A stretch of 63,617 nucleotides of DNA, counting the filler, from Reticulomyxa filosa (Eukaryota; Protista; Foraminifera), in NCBI GenBank assembly GCA_000512085.1. It is 19 parts of 19 records of this genome, joined end to end, with 100 filler letters (N's around TTAATTAATTAA, not from the genome) between each part and the next. Parts side by side here need not be neighbours in the genome. Positions count along the whole stretch, not along the records: positions 29,999 to 39,989 come from ASPP01007944.1; positions 40,090 to 41,208 come from ASPP01001956.1; positions 41,309 to 44,711 come from ASPP01002874.1; positions 44,812 to 46,243 come from ASPP01025591.1; positions 46,344 to 51,054 come from ASPP01012326.1; 14 more parts are not named here. The stretch is one strand, 5' to 3'. Below, piece by piece: positions 39,951-51,154 of the stretch (the first letter of the stretch is position 1; every line of letters starts with the position of its first letter). Below the pieces are notes generated by a model. The model worked only from the letters and a program-made list of their open reading frames with translations, ran no database searches and was not told the origin of the DNA. Both the position numbers and the translations under genes were made by a program.

Positions 39951-40089
39951 AGTTATTTTTCAATTTTTGGAAAAAAAAAAAAAAAAAAANNNNNNNNNNN
40001 NNNNNNNNNNNNNNNNNNNNNNNNNNNNNNNNNTTAATTAATTAANNNNNNNNNNNNNNNNNNNNNNNNNNNNNNNNNNNNNNNNNNNN

Positions 40090-41208
40090 TGAAACATTAT
40101 TACAAGAAGGTGCAACATTCTTATTAGGAGTGAGTCAGAAAGAATTAAAAGAAACATTAATCAAAAATAATTTATTGTATTGGGCCGCTGGTCGAAATAT
40201 AGTATTCATCAAAACCGAGAACGCAAATCAAAGAATATTTGACGAAGGGTGGTATCCACTTCCATTTTTAATCAATCGAATTTTTTTATTGTTCGAAATA
40301 TGCGTTCGAATGAAACGAGAAGGAAGAAGTTTCATTGGATTGCCAAGAGGTAAAACATTTGAACAGGTGTATGAAAAAGGAGTGAAAGAATTGCAAGTGC
40401 AATTGACAACTTATTGGGACTACATTACGAGTGAAGAATTTCAACACAAATGTCCAGATTTGATGGACGATTGGAGTTGCAATGTGGTGAATCGATTGAC
40501 GAATTTAAAATCAATATCATCAAGCTCATGTTGTGAAATGAGTTTAGTGGTTGGCCATGAAACTCATTGTATTTACTTGAGTTTGTGTAAAACATTGGAT
40601 TCTGTTTTAGTGCGAGTGGATAATCGATGGATGCAAACAGTTCCATCCAATACGCCTCATTCAAAGAATGAGAGTGGGTTGATTCAGCCCTATTTAGTTG
40701 CTTCTTTCAAACTAGGTAATTCAAGTGTTGACAAGAACAAAGAATGGTTGAAAGAATATATTAAAAATGCAACTAAGTTAAGAAATAGTGAAAGCAATGA
40801 GAGTATGACACATTTGTATTGTAGTGATAATAATACATTGTCATCTCTTCCTCCTCGTGAGGGCAATGTATTATCAATTGTAAAAAATTGGCCGCATCGT
40901 CCAATTCAAGCGGATGCACAAAATTGTTATTTGAGAAGTCACAATGTAGGATATCGAATTCGTTTGGGTAGTGTTATTTATGAATGGTTTAGAGACCAGG
41001 AATACAAGAGCTTTGTATTCAAAAGAAGAAATTACAATGCGGCTATCAATGAAGAAAAGAGTGACAATGAGAATATAGTGAGTGTAAGTGCAAATAAAGT
41101 GAAAGGTGGAAACACATTAAATAAGCCTTTATCAAAAATTCCCAGCCATACAGAATTAATGAAAATACTTTCGAAACAATTGAATGTTGAATATAATGAA
41201 GTGTATAA
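40090..41208 (+). CDS. Intronless orphan ORF fragment with a putative CE-clan-like cysteine protease signature
   Basis: Contig-spanning open frame (>370 codons); motifs VGHETHCIYL, LVRVDN and PIQADAQNCY. Coding status is well supported; the protease call is inference. Confidence 0.55.
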
Positions 41209-42054
41209 NNNNNNNNNNNNNNNNNNNNNNNNNNNNNNNNNNNNNNNNNNNNTTAATTAATTAANNNNNNNNNNNNNNNNNNNNNNNNNNNNNNNNNNNN
41301 NNNNNNNNCATTTTAGGTTGTCAACTTTCTTTTTTATCATACTGTATTTAACTTTACGCTATTGTAAAACAGTTGTTCCTAATATGCTGTCGTACAAAAA
41401 TATTGTATGAACAATAGTTGAGACTAAGTGTAATAAGAAAATAACTTATTTCCGAAAACAAGTATAAGTGAAAAGAAAGTAAATTAATAACGTAATTATA
41501 ATAAGATAAAGAAAAAATTACAACAATATAGAAAGTGAGTTGTGTTTGTAGATAAAGTTAGTAATTATAGTTTCAATATTTAGAACTTTGACACTCATAA
41601 TATGTACTTAATATAAAACTGACAATTTCTAAAAAAAGAATTGTTATAAATGTACATTTGCAATATTATTTATATTGATTTAATTACATAATAAATAGAA
41701 AAAAGAATAAATGTATCAATGATGCACAATTGGCTTATGTAACAATATTTTCCACATTAATAATAAAAAAACTTCTTACGAAATTTAAATATATGTCAGG
41801 GTTCCTGAAAAATAATCACATGAATTACACTTTTTATAAATTTTTTTAAATAATATAACTTAAAGCGTGTAGCTGAACATTTATTAGCTGTGCTTACAAA
41901 ACTAAAGTGAAAAACTAATTTTATGTAATTTAGTGACAATATATTATAAATTACGTTTTCACATTTACCGTTAAAAAATAAGACAAAAGAACTGTACTTC
42001 TTTAGTTGTTTTGTGAAAAGGTCAATATATATAACTAATTGTGAATAGCTCCAA

Positions 42055-43573
42055 ATGTCTCTTTTGGCTGGCTTTTTTCTTGCAAGCTTGGTGTATGTGT
42101 CAAAATGCTCTGTCATGGTGAATTCGGACATGCAGAGTTTTACTAGTGCTATAAAAAATGGCTACATTGAAGCAAACAGTGAAACGATTGTATTTGAAAA
42201 GACGGACAACACCCCCGGAGTGATCACTGAGCAATGGTTCACAGGCATATTTGATGAAAGAACAATTGTTCGCTACTACATTGATGGCGAAACCACCCCA
42301 TCAATTCAAATGCTACTATTACTAGGCCATGGTGTAGGTTTTACAATGGCTGAAGAAAACCCCAACACTCCTTGGCATTCCAAGTGGGTCTCACACGAGG
42401 CAGGCACGTATATTGCTCTGTCCATTTTTTTTAATAATTAAAAAAAAACACTCGGAAGGCCCCTTTTGTGTCTTCGCATTCTTGACCAATTGGCAATCCC
42501 CACAAAAAAAAAAAATAGCTTCTGGTGGCCTTTATAATACGTATCGTATTCCTTTTCTCAGTTCGATCAAAGTACAAGAAACGTGTTTTTAAAAAAAATC
42601 TATTTTTGGGAGTTTGAAGATTGGTGCATTTTGTATTGATTTGAAAAATAACAATACCAAAAAAAAAATATGTAAAAAGATAACCATTGAAAATTGGCAA
42701 GCGGGTACGTTTTGGTACATTGTCCGCGGGGTTACAAATTATCCTATAATTTTGGGTGACTTGCAATTGTATGTGTGACGTAATAAACAACATAGCAACA
42801 ACAACAAAAAAAAAAAAAACACGTATACTTTTTTTTTTTGCTTATCGAGCAAAAAAGAATAAGGGTCGACAAAATAAATAAATAAATAAAGGAATTAAAT
42901 AATTGAAAATAAACAAAAAAAATAAAAAGACCAGCAAATGGTCGTTTGTATCTTTACAAGAATGAAAATGTGGAATTAGAACCGGATGAATTCATTGCCC
43001 TGGCCAATATAAGTGGGACCGCAGGAGCTTTGTTCGGAGTGACGATCCAAGCAAACAGTACCGATTACAACTATTTGGAAGCCTGCATGCGTGTAAAGAT
43101 TGATTCTCAAACCAATTACCAGTTCTTGAGCAGTGGCACGGAGGATTTCTTTTTAAGTGCTTATTACTTTGACCGTGGACTGTATCACGATGACAATGCT
43201 GGGTGTGTTTATGTATATACACTTGCGCACTAATGTATACGTATCTGTGTTTTTGTGAATACTCAAGTAATATTTGTCCACATAAATAAATATGTTTTGG
43301 ATTTATGGTGTCACAAATGGGCTGTTGTATATCAGGTGCACGTTTTTGGATGGCAAAGGCGCTATGAGTGCGTACAAATTTTTCAGCAGAGATCCAATTT
43401 TGTTCACCAAGGGACTTCAATTGGTTTGGAGGTGTGGTGAGACAGATGACAGCAATGGCTGTCCCACTAGCTTCAATCCGGACGGTACTCGCCGGAAACG
43501 TACTCCAAGAGTGCAACTGGCTAACACTTTGGTCACTACTTATACTTGGGTTTATCAATACACATTAAACTGA
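42055..43573 (+). CDS. Secreted DUF2961 / glycoside hydrolase family 172-like protein, 5 exons
   Basis: Signal-peptide-like N-terminus; GVITEQWFTG, RYYIDGETTPSI, GGLYNTYRIPF, YLEAC, SSGTEDFFLSAYYF, SAYKFF..DPILF.KGL. Confidence 0.8.
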
Positions 43574-46343
43574 ATAAACATTATCTTTTTTTGTCCTTTT
43601 TCTTTCCATATGTAATAAAGTTGTGCAATTCATTTATCCATAACATGTTAATTTGTTAAAACTATTGAAATTTGCAAATTCTTCTCAATATAAAAGATTT
43701 GTACTAAAGAGATTTTGCTCTTATTTGATCAGAATTTATAAGGGTCTTCAAGAAAAACTCAACTAAAAAAAACTATATTTCACCGTGAAATAGCGAAAAA
43801 GTTGACTTTTTGACTACTTTTTCATGTTGCGTTCAAATATCATTTGTGAAATCACCAAAGATAGCGTTAAGAACAAAATATTGTGCAACAGAGCTAAAAC
43901 GGAGTTACTGTACTAACAGTCGTAAGATGAAACAGAAAATACGAAAAATCGCAAATGCAAACAGTATAGCTAGAATAACAAGCTTTGTTCCATTTTTTTT
44001 TATGTTGTTTTCTGAATGATGTGTTAATATTGCTGTGTTTCTAAGAAGCAAGAACATGAATATGCATTTATAATGTCTATTTAGTTAGAAAGAACAAATA
44101 AACATTAATACAGTATATTTTTAAAAACTGATAGACACAAATAGCTTAGTATGAATAGAATGTATTTTCTCAATGAAAAATAAACATTTAATTTTTTTAA
44201 ATATATCTGATTTGTTTTAATTGTTGTTTCAAATTTTAGCTATTTGAAATTGTTTTATTGAAGCGACTAAGAAAATGCTAAATTTAGAATATAGTTTTAT
44301 TAATATGAGTTTTAAATTTATAAACTAGCACAACGATTGATTATAAATTATTGTAAAAAATATTATCTTTTTATTTAAAAAAGATAAACTGTTTGCTTAA
44401 AAATTACAAACTAATAATTTGAAAATAATGTCAAAATCAAAGATCAAGATTTGGTAAAGACAATTTCATACTTAAATTTTTTTTGGTTCAAAAATGTTAG
44501 ACATGACAAGATAAATAATGAAATCAATTATAAAATTTATAACGAAATACTAAAATATGACATACTGAACAGTGTATCTTATTGTCCAGATTATAAAAAT
44601 GACAATTAATTTTAATATTTGAATACAGTAGATTGCAAAAAAACTGACATACCTAAATGGCACTATGAAGAGAATCGATTTTCTCCATGAAAAATAAAGA
44701 TTTAAACCTAANNNNNNNNNNNNNNNNNNNNNNNNNNNNNNNNNNNNNNNNNNNNTTAATTAATTAANNNNNNNNNNNNNNNNNNNNNNNNNNNNNNNNN
44801 NNNNNNNNNNNTGGAAGATATCTTCACGTGACTGTAAGTAGTGATCTTTAATGTTTGCGTTTCTATTTATTATATCGTATGTCGTATGTCGTTTTTATCA
44901 TTAAAAAGTTAATTATCAAAATTATAAATCGCATAGATCCTTAAAAACACTTTTATGTTACTGTCAGTAAAAAAACTCAGGATTCAGATAATATATGAAC
45001 ACATATTTTTTTCTTTTAGTAATTTGAAAAAATAGTTATATTGACAGTGTATAATTTATAGAATACTTAAAATCATTTTCTACATAATTTACATAACTAT
45101 ATAAAAGCGAAATTAGTATTCATAAAGCTTAAGAAAAAAAGAACTTAATATCAAACAAGCAATTCAAAGATTCACTTATTTATCTAAAGAAAACTCAAAG
45201 TGCATTAATTGTGGAAAATGCCATGATACTACACATATTCAATTTAACAATTTACAAACATTGCAAAACATATTATTTTTACTTAAACTTTATGTATCCT
45301 CAATTTCACTTTTCTATATCATGATAATTAGATTTTAAGTGTTTCAAAAATCATATTCTTAAATGTTCAAATTTTGTTTTCTGTAAACAATAAAGAAAAA
45401 ATTTAATTGTATTATATATTATATACATATATAAATAAAATTAATTTTAAGGATTCGACAAATAATAGAATACATGAATACTGAATTTTATTTTATCACA
45501 ATGATTATTATATTTAAATTGTTATGACTACAAGTAGTTATTTCAACTGTTATATTAAAACCGAATGAACAAGTACAATTGAACAAAATTTTCGAATAAA
45601 ATAAAAAATTACTAGAAAAAAATAAAAAATTAGATAAATTACTTGATAACAGAAAAAAAAAGACTTAATAAAAGATTTGATGAAATAATATAAAAAATGA
45701 TAAAACATAAAAATAAAATATATTCATTTGTTAATCGAAAATTGAAAGAAATATAAGAAATAATGAAAATTGATACAAACTCAAATGTGACAACGAAGCG
45801 ATTTATTAAGCAAGTAAATACAAATATCAATCTTCACACAAGCGAATAAAAACAGAAATTTTAAGTTTGATTCGACAATGATTTCCTTTTTTAAACTAAA
45901 TCGATTCAATACTGTTGTGATTCAATCGGGTTTTGCTTTTGAATTGGATTTTGGTCTAGTTATTAACGTTAATATATTTTGTTTTTTAAAAAATAAAATA
46001 ATAAGTTGTTTTTGAATAATTGTTATGTGAAAGTCTTCGATTAGCATGTACCACATGACACTAGAATTCTACAAGCTTTGGTTGAGTTAAGTCAACATGA
46101 TAATAAACAAAATAACATTCATAACGAAATATGAATTAAAAGACAATGTATTATACAAATGGAAATTGCATTTTAACTCTAAATCATTATCAATACAATA
46201 ATCAAATCAAAGAAAACGTGTATGTTGAAATTAAAGTAAAAAANNNNNNNNNNNNNNNNNNNNNNNNNNNNNNNNNNNNNNNNNNNNTTAATTAATTAAN
46301 NNNNNNNNNNNNNNNNNNNNNNNNNNNNNNNNNNNNNNNNNNN

Positions 46344-47400
46344 GCGGAATTTCGAAAGCATGGCAATGCAAAAAAGAGACCTGTTGCTAACAACAATGGC
46401 AATGGCAATGGCAATGGTAATGGTAATGGCAATGATGTGCCCACTTCATTTGTACCTTCGCAATAATGGACAAAGACACGTCAATGATTCCCAATGGTCC
46501 TCTTTCGATAGCCACGGGGAATATTCGAATGAGGAGATATTGCATCGTTTGTATTGGAAGTCGATGATACCGAATAACTTGTCTTTCAACTCTATATATG
46601 GCTCATCTTCAATGCGCAATGACAATAATAATAATAACAATGACAATGACACACAAGAGAGTTCAAGTGTGGACAAGAAAATCGCCCACAACGAAAAAGT
46701 ACTGGAAGAGCGCAATCGATTGTATTGGAGATTGCATTGGAATGGCAGTGGTGGAGATGGCGAGTTTGACAAAACCTCGCAAATGGTGCGAAGTCAATTT
46801 ATGCTGACCAGTGGCATGAGTCATGTGTTAAACACGTATTTGGAAAAAAGCTATTTTCTGATCAATGATGTGTGTATCGACAGCACTGGACAGTACATGT
46901 TACTTTCTCTGCTCCACCGCTATGTGTTGCCGTCTTATTATATCTCCTCCTCTTCCAAGTCCAATGCTTCCACAGCGAGCGGACTCGGAGGGAGATTTCG
47001 TCATGCACATGGCGTGCACAAGGTAGTCAATACCAGTGGATTCAACCACGGGGAAAGTGCCTATTCCTTTAAAAGCGTTCTCTTAATGTACGACTTGGAA
47101 ACACTCGATCTCGTTCAGAGTTTTACCGGCTTTGATCAGGAGAGGTATATCATTCGCTGTGGCTTTGGCGGCTTTGCCATCCCTCGCAATTGCAATGCTT
47201 CACAACACATCATTTCGGGTCATTCGTCCGACAATGGCGTTGGAGTTTGTGCAAATGGCTATGCTAAGATACCACATTTTGCCAAGTCGTACTATTCCGA
47301 ACAGGAATTGCAACATATGAAAATACCCTTTTCTCATTCTTTGACAACGCCATTACGACAGTTGGCAGATTATCAACAATCCCTTTCGACGGCAACATCG

Positions 47401-47447
<47 letters not shown>

Positions 47448-48173
47448 GTCGTCAAAAGGAAAGATGCCCTCTGCCACACAAAGAAAGGATCACAATGATA
47501 CACATCCTATCCACGACACAACCAACAAAACAACAGACATGGCTGTCGATTCGACAAATTCCAATCATTACAATGTCGAAACCTCGGATGCTTCCTCTTC
47601 TACAAAACACCATGGTCAAGTCGAAGAGACTTTGCAAAATGCCACTTTGGACGATCATTTGCTGAAAATATCAAATCACGAAACACAGTTTATCCAATCC
47701 AAAACACATGCACGCTCGAAATTGGGACATTTCAAGGGACACAGCTTGGTTTGCTCCGGAAGTGAAGATTGCAAGGTTTACGTTTGGAATACACTCACTG
47801 GCGAAGATGTTGCAGTTATGTCCGCGTGGTGTTATTTCTGTTTTACTTTTTAAAACTCGAACTCTTTTGTTTCATTCATTTATTTACTTTATGCGTTGTA
47901 TTGTTGTTTGATGGAAAGGTATTACATGGACACACTGATGTGGTGAATTGCGTGAACTGGAATCCCGTGGACAATTACATGCTGGTAAGTGCATCCGATG
48001 ATGGAACTGTTCGGATATGGGGTCCAAATCCTTATCGTAACAATTTTCAATATGTAGCCAATTCACAAATGAAAAATGCTTCTTTGACACATTTTAAACA
48101 TCCGCTTTCAAATTATTTGGGCACCTTCACCAATCTATCGAATATACATCGTTCTCAACATTCGCAACAATAA
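46344..48173 (+). CDS. WDR26: WDR26/GID7-like WD40 protein (C-terminal part) with large low-complexity insertions
   Basis: [17 protein letters not shown] ... [14 protein letters not shown] / [15 protein letters not shown]...[16 protein letters not shown] match the WDR26/Gid7 C-terminal blades; intron ~47815-47919. Confidence 0.78.
47398..47453 (+). repeat. (TCA)n trinucleotide repeat encoding poly-Ser
   Basis: About 15 perfect TCA units in frame. Confidence 0.95.
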
Positions 48174-48954
48174 GGTACAAATGTGTTGAGCTGTGCGTTT
48201 CTATTGCTATGCTCTTATGTGATCGCTTGTCATTGATTTCTGAGGTGCTTCGCAACTGTCCGAATGCAACCTAAGAAGAAATAAAGACGAAACTGCCAAT
48301 CTTTTATGATCTCTCTTTTTTTTTCATATTATTTTCTATTTTTTTTAATAGTTTTGGAGGGCTTGCCGATTTTTGTGGGGTTATTTCTCATCACACTGTT
48401 TTGACACTTGTTTCTTCTTTGATTTTTGTTAAAAATGTTCAATTATATGTTCCAAAATGAAAAAAATCTGATATAACTAGTGGGGGTACTAAATATCGTA
48501 TTTGAATTACATTTTATTTGGAACATTAATTTACAAAAATTCCACCTAAACTTTTCGATTTCCTAGATATTTATGCAAATGCGATTTCAAAAAAAAAGAT
48601 ATTTAACTGGGGAATAGAGTGTAATTGCCATGGACGTGCCAAGCGGCTCCACTTTTTTTACTTCACTTGGCCCAAAAAAAATTTTCTGTTCAGAAATGAA
48701 AGCGTTCACTGAATCGAGATTCTTTGCAAGGTATATACACAAACTCAAAAAAAATGTAATTAACGTGAGAACGTGGCCATATTTTTTAGTATTTCAATTT
48801 CAGTATATAATCAATAAAAGGATTGACAGAATCAAAAATTGTTTCCATGCAAAAAAAATTAAAAACTGAAGAAAAATATCTTCAGTTGATCCTCATCGTT
48901 GACAATAAGGAACAAAAACACTTTTGACAAAAGAAGTTACAAATAAAAAAGTAA

Positions 48955-50386
48955 TTATCGTCTTGGTCTATCCTTTGTTGGTACCTTTCCTTCCTCTTCT
49001 TCTTTCTGCCCACTTTTCTTCCGTGATATTGCCGTGATATTGGCATTAATATTGTCAGTGCTATTGTTGGGTTTGGCTTCTTTCTGTGGCTCTTCGAAAA
49101 GATCCGCCAACAAATCTATGTCGCTTGCAGTGGCTATTCCTGGGGCAATAGAACGTAAATCCTTCGACCATGCATCTTTACTTTTAGAAGTATTGGCTTC
49201 TGCTTGGATTCCATTCCTGTCTCCTTTTTTTCCTTTTCAAAAAAAAAAAGAACCACAACAATCGCAATAAATGTAAAATGAACTTATTGAAACAAAGGGG
49301 GGGAGGAGAGGCAATGCATTTTTTTTTTTTAATATGTTGGTTACACTAATGTAAATACCGTAGTATATTTTGGATAGAGTTGACAAATCGAAGTCTTTTT
49401 TATTTTTTGCTTCTTGTAGCGCCTTAAAGTCATAATTTTCCAAAATATGTGCAATCAGATCAGCAATCATTTCTGCAGATTGATTGCTTGGCTTGAAAGG
49501 TGTCTTGCTGTAATGTGTGCGTTCAAAAGGGTTTAAAGTGCGTGACAAATCCATTAATGGCAAGCCATTGCGTGATGCCAATCCGAGCATTCGTACAGCT
49601 GTCCATTCCATTACGTCCAATAGCTCCTCTCTTCCAAAATGTAGCATTTCTTTAAAGCAGTCTTCATGTGGTTCATAGGCAAGTACCTGAAATTCTCATT
49701 TTCAAAAAAAAAAGGGGGGGGGGAGGGGGAAACATTAGATGAGTTTTTAAAAAGAAAAAAAAAAAGGTTACCAAAATGAGATTAAACCGCAAGTCATTGA
49801 CAATCATTTTAACAATTTGTTCCATATTTTCTTCAAATTGAACTTTTTTTTGCAACATTTCGATAACTAAATCTGGCTTAGTATACTTCAAATTTTTGCG
49901 TACGTCATTTGCACCAATGGACAGTATGACCACTGGTGATATTGCATTCTTTTCTTCAAAGAGTTTAAACTTGTTGTTTTTTTTTGCATCTCGCAACAAC
50001 TTCAACGGGAGCAACAAACCACTATTGTCTACCGGATACGGACACATCTGATACTTTTCACGGGCACTCACCAAATTGTCGTCTGGCTTTCGACCATTTA
50101 TTATATCACTTATCGCTGATTCATCCAACGCCAAATTCATTATTCGACATGCATTTTCTGTACGTTTTGAAGTTTGTTATGTACCTTCTTTCTTCCCTCT
50201 CCCCTACTTTTGTTTTAATAAAAAAAATGTACCATAATGACGTTTCAAAAAGTATTCAACGTCGTGTGTAGGTTCTTGCAAATGGTAAAAACTATCCAAA
50301 ATACCATCCCCTATTAACACAAGAGGAGGGACTCGAAGTTGTTGTATATCCCCTGTATTGTATTCGTCAGAAGTATTATTCCCCAT
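48955..50386 (-). CDS. SGNH/GDSL-fold protein with a substituted nucleophile and possible N-myristoylation (MGNNTS), 4 exons
   Basis: Block I LVLIGDGILD, block II NLALD, block III VILSIGAND, late LPLMDL...PFKPS....IADLI. Confidence 0.65.
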
Positions 50387-51154
50387 TCTAGTACAACATT
50401 GGAAAATAAAAAAGCTCTACTTCCCTTGGACAGTGCTAGTACAAAAAAGAGACTTGAACAGGTTTTGAAGCAGTCTAGCTTCTTTTTGTAAATATAACGA
50501 AGAATTTCAAAATATTCTCAGATTAAAATTTTAAAAAGCAATATTTTGACAATAGGAAAATACGTAAGTGAATATGTCAAATGCTAGACACAAAAATACG
50601 ATCACACAAATAAAAATTCAGTTGTTAAAGAAAGAGGGAAAAAGGTTTGCACAGTTTTATTTTAGGTCAATATTTTCGGTCAATTTCGCCGTTTGGAAAC
50701 GAAAAGGGAACAACAAGTCAATAAATGTATTACGTACATTGTTTTGTGAACACTGAATTTCTTTATTGCATGTGCTTTTACTCGATCTATCAGTTTGCCT
50801 GCTGGGTACAAATATTATTGAAATTACGATTCTTTACGTTGTTGTTATATGTTTGTATATTTTACAATAAATCATATATTGGTCACAGAAGCGAACAACA
50901 TACAAAATTTTTCGAATTTACTTGAAATATAACAGAACTAGATGAAAACTACATTAAAAAATTACTCAAAATATGTTTTGATGGATACGAATTAGTAAAA
51001 GCAATGCAAATAGGTCTAGGAGGGGATATGCTTCAATTTTAATTTTTTTTAAAANNNNNNNNNNNNNNNNNNNNNNNNNNNNNNNNNNNNNNNNNNNNTT
51101 AATTAATTAANNNNNNNNNNNNNNNNNNNNNNNNNNNNNNNNNNNNNNNNNNNN

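Noticed and set aside
44812-46243. Very AT-rich contig as organellar DNA or a mobile element
   Set aside because: No recognisable genes, RNA structures or terminal repeats seen; treated as intergenic.
46360-46445. MAMAMAM N-terminus of ORF 46360 and poly-Met ORF 47264-47503
   Set aside because: Alternative-frame or antisense readings of (AATGGC)n Asn-Gly and (TCA)n Ser repeats; a frameshift or splice near 46445 is likely.
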